Of a stretch of 64,000 nucleotides of DNA, positions 47,735-56,995 are shown piece after piece. The position numbers and the translations under genes are program-made. The stretch's first letter is position 1, and every line of letters starts with the position of its first letter. The notes under the pieces were generated by a model. That model was given only the letters and a program-made list of their open reading frames with translations. It ran no database searches and was not told where the DNA came from. Where the stretch lies: assembly GCA_965214705.1 (NCBI GenBank), contig OZ243972.1, positions 4,064,001 to 4,128,000 of the forward strand, written 5' to 3'. This DNA is from Alphaproteobacteria bacterium. Lineage in GTDB: Bacteria; Pseudomonadota; Alphaproteobacteria; UBA828.

Positions 47735-48525
47735 CCGACACCCTCAAGGACCGGGCCCGTGCCCTCGGCCTGCACGGCCTCATCGCACACTGGGACGAGG
47801 TCGGCGAGTGCGACTGGCTGACCACGCTCATCGCCTGGGAAGAAGACGAGAGACGCGCCCGAAGCCTCAAGCGCCGCCTCGCCGATGCCCGGCTCGGTGA
47901 CTTCAAGCCGCTCGCCGACTTCAACTGGGACTGGCCCCGCCGCTGCGACCGCATGGCCGTCGAGGACCTCATGGGCCTCGACTTCCTCAAGGAGGCCGCC
48001 AACGTCGTCCTGGTCGGCCCCAACGGCGTCGGCAAATCGACGATCGCCGCCAATATCGCCCACCGCGCCGTCCTCGAGGGCCATACCGTGCGCTTCGCCA
48101 CCGCTGCCAGCATGCTCGGCGAGCTCGCCGCCATCGACTCCGACACCCTGCTCCAGCGAAAGCTGCGCTTCTACGCCCGCCAGCAACTGCTGGTGATCGA
48201 CGAGGTGGGATACCTCTCCTACAGCAACCGCCACGCCGACCTGCTGTTCAGCATCGTCTCAAGCCGCACCCAGCAGAACTCCACGATTATCACGACCAAC
48301 CGGCCGTTCGCCGAGTGGGGCGAGGCCTTCCCCAACGCCGCCTGCGTCGTGGCCCTGGTCGACCGCCTCGTCCACAACGCCGAGATCATCGCCATCGACG
48401 GCGATTCATACCGCCGCAAGGAGGCCGAGGAGCGCCAGAAGCAGCGCAGCACAGAGCGCCGCCGCCGGCGCCAGGAGAAAGGGCGCCGGCGATCCGGCGA
48501 CCCGCAGGACACCGGGGACGACTGA
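47731..48525 (+). CDS. istB: IS21 helper ATPase IstB
   Basis: [33 protein letters not shown]; ATGA overlap. Confidence 0.94.
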   Translation: MTDTLKDRARALGLHGLIAHWDEVGECDWLTTLIAWEEDERRARSLKRRLADARLGDFKPLADFNWDWPRRCDRMAVEDLMGLDFLKEAANVVLVGPNGVGKSTIAANIAHRAVLEGHTVRFATAASMLGELAAIDSDTLLQRKLRFYARQQLLVIDEVGYLSYSNRHADLLFSIVSSRTQQNSTIITTNRPFAEWGEAFPNAACVVALVDRLVHNAEIIAIDGDSYRRKEAEERQKQRSTERRRRRQEKGRRRSGDPQDTGDD

Positions 48526-48537
48526 GGCGGCGCAGCC

Positions 48538-49458
48538 GTGCGCCAGCTACGCCCATGGGAGCGGCGGCTGCGGGCAGAGGGGCTGCGCGGCTGTCCCCTC
48601 GAAGACGTCGCCCGCGCCCTCGGCTACCGCCGCGATCCCGACGACGCCGATCGCTGGAGGCGTCTTGGATCGGTCGTCACCATCAACCGCTTCATGTTCT
48701 ACGACCATCTGCGCGGCGAGGGCGGCGCCGGGGCCGTCGACCTGGTGGTCCATGCCCAACGCTGCACCGTGCCCGACGCCCTGGCCTTCCTCGCGAAACT
48801 GCCGGGCCTTTCCCGGCGCCCCCCGCAGTGCCCCTGCCCACGGCTGCCGCATCCGCAGGAGCGGCACTGGCCCGCAGTGGAACGCCACCTCGTCGACGAG
48901 CGCGGTCTCTCGCCCGTGCTCCTCACCCTGTGCCGCGACCTCCGCCTGGTCCACGCCGACCGCAACGCCAATGCCGTGTTCGTCTGTCGAGACGCCGCAG
49001 GGGTCGCGACCGGCGCCGAGATCGTCCCCACCGGCGGCCGGTGCGGAGCGGCTGCCGGCGCCGGCGAAGCTGCCCCATCCCCGCTCGCCCGCGGGGGCTT
49101 CTGGATATCGTGGGAGCTCGACTGGCCGCACTCCGTGCTCATCGCAAAGAGCGCCATCGACGCCCTGTCCGCCCTCTCCCTCCAGCTCATGCCCGCCGAA
49201 CTCAGGGAATGTGCCGTGGTCTCCATCGCCGCCGTCACTCCAAGCCTCCCCGCGTGGATCGAGGACTGGAACCCCCGCCGCATCTTCTGTGCCTACGACG
49301 CTACCCCTGGCGGCGATGACGCCGCCGAGCGGCTGTTCCGAAGCGACAGCAGGGTCGTCCGCGTGCGGCCCGCCCTCGACGGTGACGACTGGAACGACAT
49401 GCGCAGGCGTGACCTCGAAGGCAATATGCTCGAGACCGACGATCGGCTCATCGACTGA
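48538..49458 (+). CDS. DUF3991/Toprim primase-like protein inside IS21
   Basis: [10 protein letters not shown]...[11 protein letters not shown]...HLVDERGL...NAVFV...KSAIDALS...AYDA...DDWND. Confidence 0.75.
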   Translation: MRQLRPWERRLRAEGLRGCPLEDVARALGYRRDPDDADRWRRLGSVVTINRFMFYDHLRGEGGAGAVDLVVHAQRCTVPDALAFLAKLPGLSRRPPQCPCPRLPHPQERHWPAVERHLVDERGLSPVLLTLCRDLRLVHADRNANAVFVCRDAAGVATGAEIVPTGGRCGAAAGAGEAAPSPLARGGFWISWELDWPHSVLIAKSAIDALSALSLQLMPAELRECAVVSIAAVTPSLPAWIEDWNPRRIFCAYDATPGGDDAAERLFRSDSRVVRVRPALDGDDWNDMRRRDLEGNMLETDDRLID

Positions 49459-49826
49459 AAAACAACAGGGTCCCTCAGCCAAACCTGCAGGGCCGCTCTC
49501 GCACCACCGCGATCACGACGACCAACACCACAAGCCGGACCGCGCTCAGCACTGCAGATCGGCGCCACGCCGATCAACGCTCCACCACATCAGGCTGTCA
49601 AAATGAGCGAATACGCGCGCTTTTGCGTGATCGCCAACAATCATGCTCCACCCGCTTTCGTTGAGGACCTTGCGGGGCTGGCCACCGGATTTGGCCGCCA
49701 TCGCGCCGCCGCATAGCGCTGTCCTTGGCCGCGAGGGTCGAGCACGGCTTCATCTGGACATGACCGCTCGCCCCCGGCGTTCCGAGGGTTGGCGTCGCGG
49801 CGATGGACGCGGCCCGGAGGGGGCGG

Positions 49827-51658
49827 TCAGCTGGGCGCTGTCCGCGGAGCGACGTTGTCGGTCATTTTCAGGAAGTCGAGAACCCGCCTCGGTTTCCTGG
49901 CCAGCTTGCGCATGGTCTCGGCGACAGCGAGCCCGCGCCCCTTGATAACGCCGATGGCGAAGCGCCGCAGCAGGGTCATGTTCTCCGGACCGTAGCCTGA
50001 ACGGATACGGCATCGGTCCTCGTCGAAGCTCCAGTCGAGGATGTGATGGGCCGCCTCGATGGTCCAGTGCCCGCGATTGAGGGTGAGCAGGCGTTCCGGC
50101 GATGCGGCCTGCGCACTCAGGCTTGTGACGCCGTAAGCCGTCTCGCAGCTTCTCTTCCCGGATTTGACGTGCCGGGTTTCGCGCCGCACGGCGAAGATCT
50201 GTCCGACGCCGGGGAAGTTGAGGTAGTCGTTGAGCTCGCTGGAGACCCAGATGGAGCGCCGCTCGCGGCGGCCGTGCTCGGGCTTGGGGCTCTCGTCCGC
50301 GAAGTCCGGCGCGCGGCCTGCGATGGCCTCATCGAGAGTGAGCCGGATGTCGTCGAGCAAGGTGGGCTGGTTGCCCTTGACGGTGAACAGATAGTCGGCG
50401 CCGCGCTCGCGCAGATAGGAGGCCAGCGCCCGCTGGGTGAGCAGAGCATCGGCGGTGACGGTGCGACCCGCGATGTCGGGCACCGTCTCGATACCCGGAT
50501 CAAGTCCGGGCAGGGGGATGATGGTGCCGATCTCGTTGGTGCGCTTCTCCCCGTCGTCGGCGTCGGGCCTCATGCCGACTTTTTTTGACCCCAGGGCGCC
50601 TTGGTGTCGTGGCCTATGATGCCGAGCACATGAGCCTGCCTGCCATCGTCATCGATGGCGCCGCGGATGGTCTTGCCGTCGATGGCCAGCGCGCTGTCGC
50701 CCGAGCCGTGGGCCTCGTACCAGGCCCTGAGCGCGGCGTCGAGCTGGACCGGATCGACGCGGATCAGCAGGCTGCGCATCGCCGACAGGCTGGGCGGGCG
50801 GTACCGGCCGTCGCGGCGGCGCACGCGGAAGCGCTGCAGCACCCTGGGACTGAGGTCGTCGACCCATTCGCTGATCGCCTTGTAGCCGCGCATGCCACAG
50901 AACGTCGCGGCGGCGGCGAGCGCCAGTACCGTGGGCAGCGCATGGCGCCGGCCCTGGCGGCGGCGGGGATCGTCGATGCCCTGGAAGAACTCGGGGAGGG
51001 ATCGCATCTGTGCGGCGGTGAGCGTCATCTTCGGCACTCCATGTCGCAGACGGGGGTCGAGATCGTCGGCCCGCAGCCGGGCCCGCGCGGTGCGGGACAG
51101 GGGAAGAAGGAACACGCGCTTGGGCCGTGCGTGCTCGCTGTAGCCGGCCCCGCCGCGAGCGAAGCCGCGGGTGCGCCCGACCTCGATCCAGTTGGCCGCG
51201 CGGTAGACCGTGCCCCGGAAGAGCGCCGGGTCCACGAACGTCTCCGCCAGCAGCACGTCGTGACCGAAGCGGATCGGCCAATCCCTCACCAGACGGCGCG
51301 TGCACAAAGACAGCACCCGCGAGCCGAGATTGCGCTCACCGCCGGGGAGGATCAGGAAGCGCGAGTTGTTGGTGACCAGGTGAAGACGACCGAACTGAAG
51401 GCCGCGGTCCCAGCCAATCCAGCGATCGCGCGCACCGCACTTCAGCGCCGCTGCCGAGAAGACCGCCAACGCCAGCCATCGCCCTCGATGGTGCGCGACA
51501 TAGCGCACGGTCTCGCCCATCCCCGGCACCGCGCCGAGGTAGTGGTGTGTCTGCATCACGTCGCGGAAGCGGGCCTCGTCCTCCGCCGCCACGATGTCGA
51601 CCGCCACCTCCGATAGAGCTGCCACAGCTTGCCAGTCCCCACGGCTGCCTCGCGGCAC
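49827..51658 (-). CDS. DUF4338-ISAs1 transposase fusion, two frames joined by a probable -1 frameshift
   Basis: HHYLG, NNSRFLILP, ETFVD, YRAANW (DUF4338); DPRRRQGRRH, AIDGKT, TNEI, TADAL, VKGNQ, HWTIE (ISAs1); A7G run at 50579-50586. Confidence 0.85.
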
Positions 51659-51744
51659 TCATATCAGGACACGGGGAGCAAGTCCACTATTTCAGGCAAC
51701 TCGCTGGCCGGCCTAGCCAAAGGCTGAAGTACAAATCCGCCCTG

Positions 51745-51901
51745 CCCGGTCGCCGCAGCCGCTTGCCAGCGCGGCCGCCGCCCGCCGCCGGCACTGCGCG
51801 GCGGCCCGCTCGACGGCCAGCACCTGGCGCAGGTCGGTCCGGCAGCGGTGGCATGTCGGGCCCTCGATCCCCCCGGCGCCGCAGGTCGGGCAGCGGAGCA
51901 C
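51745..51901 (-). pseudogene. N-terminal fragment of the Zn-ribbon/helical gene
   Basis: VLRCPTCG...CHRCRTDLRQVLAVERAAA..., ending at the ISAs1 TSD. Confidence 0.72.
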
Positions 51902-51905
51902 CGGC

Positions 51906-52020
51906 CTACTCCAGGTAGAACAGTATCTCGTCGAGGTTCTGCCTGATGGCGGCAGCATCCTCGTCACGGCCCTCGCCGAGCGCCGCACGCAGCCTCTCGA
52001 TCAGGACGGCAAAGCAGCTG
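51906..52020 (-). pseudogene. Orphan 3' end of a gene, possibly Hsp70-like
   Basis: ...LIERLRAALGEGRDEDAAAIRQNLDEILFYLE*; no convincing 5' part. Confidence 0.4.
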
Positions 52021-52091
52021 TTGCCGATCGGAACCGCCTCCGGGGGGCACAGTGGGAGGGTCATGGGCATGGCTGAGGCCGCGTTTATAGT

Positions 52092-53470
52092 GGAGCCACT
52101 TGCAAAACTCCCAGGCGCGGTCTGCTTTTCCCGAAAGCCCGTCGTGAGGACATTGACGGTCGGAACGTAACATGAACTTCGGGACGAGCGGACGTCGCTG
52201 GCTGCCGCCGGGGCGCCGATTCGCCGCAAACCGATGCCCATGCGGGCGCATTTTGGACCCGCCGTCGCGATGCGGACATGGCTTTTTGCGCCTCCGCGGA
52301 GGGAGGCGTGCCGGCGTGACAGCGACGGAGGCGCCCGCTCAGGCCAGGAGGCGCATCAACTGGTCGACCGTCAGCACCAGGATGCCGAACATCAGGTGGC
52401 AATGAATCTTGGCATGGCCGCGCACGCGGACATGGCGGCCCCCGCAGTTGTCCTTCAGCCCACCGTTGATGCGCTCGATGTTCGAGCGCTCGTTGTAGCG
52501 CTCGTCCGCCGGGTGGCGGTGACCGACGCCTCTCTGCGCCCGGGCCTCGCGCGCCAGCTCCTCCTTGTACTCCTTGTCGCGAGGGTTGACGTCGATGATC
52601 GGGACGTGGCCCAGCAGGTAGCTGTGCCAGCCGATCTCGGGCGCGTCATAGGCTGAGTCCATGAGGTCGTACAGATTGGTGACGCGGTCGGCGGTCATAC
52701 TCGCCAGCGGGATCGCGGCCTGCCTGTCGTGCAGCGAGGCGGACGTCAGGATGCAACTGATCGGAATGCCGCCATCGGCAGCGTCGATGTGCAGCTTGTA
52801 ACCGATCCACGATGTGGTATGGCCCTTGGCGTTCCGCTTGGTGCCGACGTCGCAGGCTTTCGGCAGGTCGTCGAGCATCTGGGGCAAGCTCATCGTGAGC
52901 TGGCGTTTCACGCGGCGCTCCTCCTTGGGCCGCTCCTCGCCCTTGCGCGGTCGGCCGCGCTTGCGCTTCGGCTTCTCCGCCCTGGGCTTGGGCTGAGGCT
53001 TCTCGCGCGCCTCGATCGCGGTTGCGTCGCGCGAGACGTGCCCGACCAGATGGTCTCCGAGGGTCTGCTTGATCAGCGCCTCATGCACGCGAGCGGGCAA
53101 CGCACTCTCGGAGAACTCCGCAAACGCCCGCGAAAACGTCGCCTCGCTCGGGATCTCTGCGGCATAGGTCCAGCCGCAGAGGCCATGGAAATGGGGAAGG
53201 AAGCTCTCGACCCGCGCAAGCTCAAGCACGGTGACGAAGCGCCGGTACCTCTCGCCGAGCGGCCCGAGCTCCTCCTCAAGCCACGGGAAAAGATCCGCTT
53301 GAATGTGATGCCAGAATCCGGATAGTGTCTGTCCCAGCGACATGGGGCCGCCCTCTCCGTCGACGTTGTCCGAAACCCGACAGGAACAGAGAGCGGTCCC
53401 GATTTCCAGGACAATCTGACCGCCACGGCGGCAAAATCCCGCTCAAATGCGGAATTCTGCGTGTGGCTCC
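52092..53470 (-). mobile_element. IS5/IS1182-like insertion sequence
   Basis: TIR GGAGCCACTTGCAAAACTCC / GGAGCCACACGCAGAATTCC; possible 3-bp TSD AGT. Confidence 0.7.
52339..53343 (-). pseudogene. DDE transposase with a probable in-frame internal deletion
   Basis: PSEATFSRAF, SRDATAIEARE, WIGYKLH, LMDSAYD, ERINGGLKD; PHFHG|LCGW appears to lack the usual intervening helical segment. Confidence 0.65.
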
Positions 53471-53674
53471 AGTGTCATATTAAAATGTACGAACCTGGCT
53501 GCGACTGCCACCGAAAATCGGCCCGTAACGGCCGAAAAGCGGTAGATTTCAAGGGGTTCGAGGCACGCCGCCCGGCAGCGTCAACCTCAAGAGGTCAGGA
53601 AGTCTGAAATTTGCCCTGGGGTGCTGCCTTGGACGTCTTCTCCTTCGCTCTGTATGGTGGTAGTCATGCTTCGC

Positions 53675-54091
53675 ATGACCGACGATTCTCAGAACATGGT
53701 CGAGCATTTGAAAATGGTGCAGGGTGTCGTTACCCGCATGGCGGGCAATAGCGCACAGATGAAAACGTGGGCCGTGTCGTTGGTCACCGCAGTTTTTGTC
53801 TTCTCGGGGCTGTCGGACGATCCGCACTGGCTGATCGGCGTGGGCGGTTGCATCCCCGTCATCGCCTTCTGGACGATGGACGCTAGATACCTTCATCTCG
53901 AAAGGTGCTATATCAAGCTCTATGAGGCCGTTGTGACAGGGACATCAGTTGCGCCTTTCGAACTCAACTACCGTCCCCATGCGGCCACGGTCGATTCTGT
54001 CTGGAGGGTTGCGTTGTCCTGGTCTGTCTACACGTTTTATGGCCCCCTGTTGACGGTGATGCTTGTACTCTTGGCAATCCTCGCGACGTAG
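53675..54091 (+). CDS. Multi-pass membrane protein adjacent to TIR gene
   Basis: HLKMVQGVVTRMAGNS...KTW + TM, TM + FWTMDARYLHLERCY, C-terminal TM. Confidence 0.8.
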   Translation: MTDDSQNMVEHLKMVQGVVTRMAGNSAQMKTWAVSLVTAVFVFSGLSDDPHWLIGVGGCIPVIAFWTMDARYLHLERCYIKLYEAVVTGTSVAPFELNYRPHAATVDSVWRVALSWSVYTFYGPLLTVMLVLLAILAT

Positions 54092-54101
54092 GAGTCGCAC
54101 G

Positions 54102-54599
54102 ATGACGCGAAGGGTCTTCTATAGCTTTCATTATGAGCCGGACAATTGGCGGGCCAGTATAGTTCGGAATATCGGAGCAATAGAAGGAAACCGACCGGCG
54201 ACAGATAATGACTGGGAGGCTGTGAAGAAAGGGGGCGACAAGGCGATCAAGAGATGGATTGCTAATCAGATGCACGGGCGATCATGTACGGTTGTGCTTG
54301 TTGGCACGCATACTGCGGGACGAAAATGGATCAATCACGAGATTGTCAAATCATGGGGTGAAGGCATGGGTATTGTTGGTATCTGTATCCACGGATTGAA
54401 GAACAAAGACGGAAGGGTGTCTAATGAAGGTGGAAATCCCTTTAATTCCATCGGGTTTGGCAACACCGGTAAGAAGCTCTCCTCTATCGTCAGATGCTAC
54501 AACCCAACGGGACGTAACAGCCAGGAGAGATACGAATGGATTAGAGAACACCTCGTCAACGCTGTTGAAGAAGCAATCTCGATACGAAAGAAGAATTGA
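54102..54599 (+). CDS. TIR-domain protein (DUF1863 / ThsB-like)
   Basis: RVFYSFHY, IKRWI...SCTVVLVG...KWINHEI (catalytic Glu position), GNPF. Confidence 0.9.
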   Translation: MTRRVFYSFHYEPDNWRASIVRNIGAIEGNRPATDNDWEAVKKGGDKAIKRWIANQMHGRSCTVVLVGTHTAGRKWINHEIVKSWGEGMGIVGICIHGLKNKDGRVSNEGGNPFNSIGFGNTGKKLSSIVRCYNPTGRNSQERYEWIREHLVNAVEEAISIRKKN

Positions 54600-54617
54600 T
54601 CTAGATCGTTGAAGTAG

Positions 54618-54820
54618 TGAGGTGGCCCCGGAAAATCGGACAGGTCGTTAAGGTGTATTCCACCGTTTGACGGAGGAATGCAGTGAGCGGCAAGCGACGC
54701 AGGTTTTCGGGGGAGCAGAAGGCGAAGATCGCGCTTGGGGCGCTACGGGGGGATCGGACGTTCCAAGAGATCGCCTCGCGTCACCAGGTGCATCCGAACC
54801 AAGTTGGGCGCCTGCAAGGC
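54618..54820 (+). pseudogene. IS3-family remnant (left end and truncated orfA)
   Basis: TGAGGTGGCCCCGGAAAATCGGACA end; KRRRFSGEQKAKIAL...IASRHQVHPNQV. Confidence 0.75.
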
Positions 54821-55270
54821 GCTCGATCTGCTCGGCGTCAGCCTATAGCGTACCCAGTACGCGACTCCGCGAAACGGTGGTTTGGAAAGCCACCGCAATA
54901 ACTTCAGACTTCCTGACCTCGTGGCACAGGCAGGTTCGCTCATGTGTCTCGTATAGCGTTGAAAGCGCGCACTGTTTCGCCCTTGTCGTGTCCAGCTGTA
55001 GCGCCCCGACGGCGCTTGGACCTGCTATTCTGGCTGATGCGGAATTGCACTTTCCATACAGAGCCCTTGAGCCGGAAACCGCCCAAGGACAGCGATTTAG
55101 GCCAGTTTCGGGTACAGGATTGGTCACCAAACCGCCTCAAACCGCCTCATGCCAAAATATCAGAGGTCAGGAAGTCTGAACTTAGCTCAATATCTGCTCA
55201 GGAAGTTCGGGCTAAACAGAGGGGTCAGAGTGCCACGCCGCCTAACACCGCAAGTGTCACGCGTTCTCGG

Positions 55271-55895
55271 CTATGCGCCCGTCACTGCAACCAACTCAGC
55301 CCGAAACCTCTCAGCAAAATCAGACAAACGCACGCGTTCTACCAACAGCCCCTCATTGGCCATCGTGAACTTCCAATGAGTTCTCAATTTGATCAGCAGA
55401 CCCTTTCCATCCGCTAATCGTACGATCTCTGCGTCCGCGTTTCCCCCGGCCTTCCTTACACCATCCATTCGCACCTTCGCCCACCGTCCGATCTCGACCA
55501 ACTGCTGCCTGAACTCCCCGCAATTGTCTGCGAACTCCTGTTCTATTCTCTGCTTCGCGTTTCGAATCTCTTTCACGAGGCCATGGTCAGAACGAAAATG
55601 ATCAACATTGCCGATTCCGGTAGCCAATCCTCGAAAATACATATGTGCCCACGCATACTTGATCAATGCGGCCACATAAAACCGCCTCGCCTCCCTCGAT
55701 ATGTGCTTCTCGACTTCCTCCTTTCTTCTGATGCCGAGCTCTCTGAGTTCCACATTACGTTCCACGAATCCCGCTAGGCAGGAATGCCCAACCAAGACAT
55801 TTTCCAACTCGTGGGTGCTCAGAAACACAATCCCATCGCAGTCCGGCAAACTCAGTTCGAACAGTACGTCTGAACAGTCTATCAATCGAGCCACT
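55271..55895 (-). pseudogene. C-terminal part of a DUF4435/OLD-Toprim-like gene interrupted by IS21
   Basis: ...HELENVL...; continues in frame from 58835-58986 (KIFGLVDGEVAARFGKVA|RLIDC). Confidence 0.55.
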
Positions 55896-56218
55896 TGCGG
55901 ATTCCGGTTCATTTGACCGCCGGTTCTGATTCTATCTGACCGGGGTTCTGATTTTATTTGACCGGGATTCTGGCGACACTTGACCGTGCCGCGGGCGCGC
56001 GCCAGCGCGCTGTCTCTCCCGGATTTGGCGGTGTGACCCTCCCCTTGGTGATGTCGGGGGGCTGGCCTCTGGCCAGCCCGAGCCGAGCGTATGCGAGGCC
56101 TCTTGGGCATGCAAACGGCCGGCGGGGCGCGGCGGCAAGCTCTCACACACAGCATGCCGCCGCGCACCTCCGCCCTCGCAGCCTGGAAGGCGCCGCAGGC
56201 GCCCATGGACCCCGGCCT

Positions 56219-56995
56219 TCAGGCCGGGGCTCTGTTGCCGTTGCCGCCGCCGTCGAGTGGCGGGGGCTTGTTGCGCTTGCGCTGGGACTCTCCCTTGAGC
56301 TCGATGCGGTAGGCGTTGTGGACGATGCGGTCGAGGACCGCATCCGCGATCGTTAGCTCTCCGATCACCTCGGGCCAGCCGTCTACGGGGATCTGGCTGG
56401 CGATCAGGATGGACTTGCGTCCGTGGCGCGCCTCCACGATCTCCAGCAGGTCGCGCCGGCCCTCGGCGGAGAAGCCCTGCAGCCCCCAGTCGTCGAGGAC
56501 CAGCAGGGAGACCCTGCCCAGGCGGCCCATCAGGCGCTCGAGCGTGCCTTTGTCGCGGGCGCGGGTGAGCGCCGCGACCAGTTCGGGCACGCGGCGATAG
56601 AGGACGGACTGGTGCTGGCGGCAGGCCTGGTGGGCGAGCGCGCAAGCGACGAACGTCTTTCCCGATCCCGTTGGCCCACCCAGGATCAGATTGTGGCCTT
56701 GGCGGATCCAGTCGCCGGCGGCGAGCTGGGTCAGCGTGGTCCGGGCGATGCCACGCCCCGCGCGGCAGTCGACGTCCTGGACGTCGGCGCGGATGCGCAG
56801 CTGGGCCTGGCGCAGATGGCCGAGATAGCTTTTGTGATCGCGGTGCTCGGCCTCGCGCTCGATCATCAGGGCGAGGCGGTCGTCGAAGCCGAGCTGGTCG
56901 ACGTCGGCGATGTCGCGCTGCTCCTCCAGGGCCTCGGCCATGCCGCTGAGGCCGAGCTGCAGCAGGCGGTCGATATTGGGTTGTCGCAGGGTCAT
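56219..56995 (-). CDS. istB: IS21 helper ATPase IstB
   Basis: GPTGSGKT, LVLDDWG, DAVLDRIVH, LKGESQR. Confidence 0.94.
   Translation of the reverse strand: MTLRQPNIDRLLQLGLSGMAEALEEQRDIADVDQLGFDDRLALMIEREAEHRDHKSYLGHLRQAQLRIRADVQDVDCRAGRGIARTTLTQLAAGDWIRQGHNLILGGPTGSGKTFVACALAHQACRQHQSVLYRRVPELVAALTRARDKGTLERLMGRLGRVSLLVLDDWGLQGFSAEGRRDLLEIVEARHGRKSILIASQIPVDGWPEVIGELTIADAVLDRIVHNAYRIELKGESQRKRNKPPPLDGGGNGNRAPA

Larger units (their letters stand above)
45357..49639 (+). mobile_element. IS21-family element with two passenger genes
   Basis: TIRs TGTTGG...GCGCGTATTCGCTCATTT; 7-bp TSD ATCATGC at 45350-45356 and 49640-49646. Confidence 0.9.
45305..51744 (-). mobile_element. ISAs1-family element with DUF4338 fusion; IS21 nested in its 3' non-coding end
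   Basis: 10-bp TSD CCCGGTCGCC at 45295-45304 and 51745-51754; imperfect TIR CACGGCAAATTCGTTCT / CAGGGCGGATTTGTACT. Confidence 0.85.
53591..55180. repeat. Three exact copies of 18-bp GAGGTCAGGAAGTCTGAA
   Basis: 53591-53608 (+), 54903-54920 (-), 55163-55180 (+). Confidence 0.9.

Noticed and set aside
50570-51658. Druantia defence system
   Set aside because: DUF4338 is fused to a transposase inside an IS, and no DruE helicase or other Dru genes are present.
53675-54599. Canonical Thoeris
   Set aside because: No ThsA (SIR2-SLOG or Macro) gene nearby; the SLOG gene at 25.4 kb is a distant backbone gene.
55271-56206. 311-aa ORF as one gene
   Set aside because: Chimera of IS21 non-coding end and the interrupted gene fragment.
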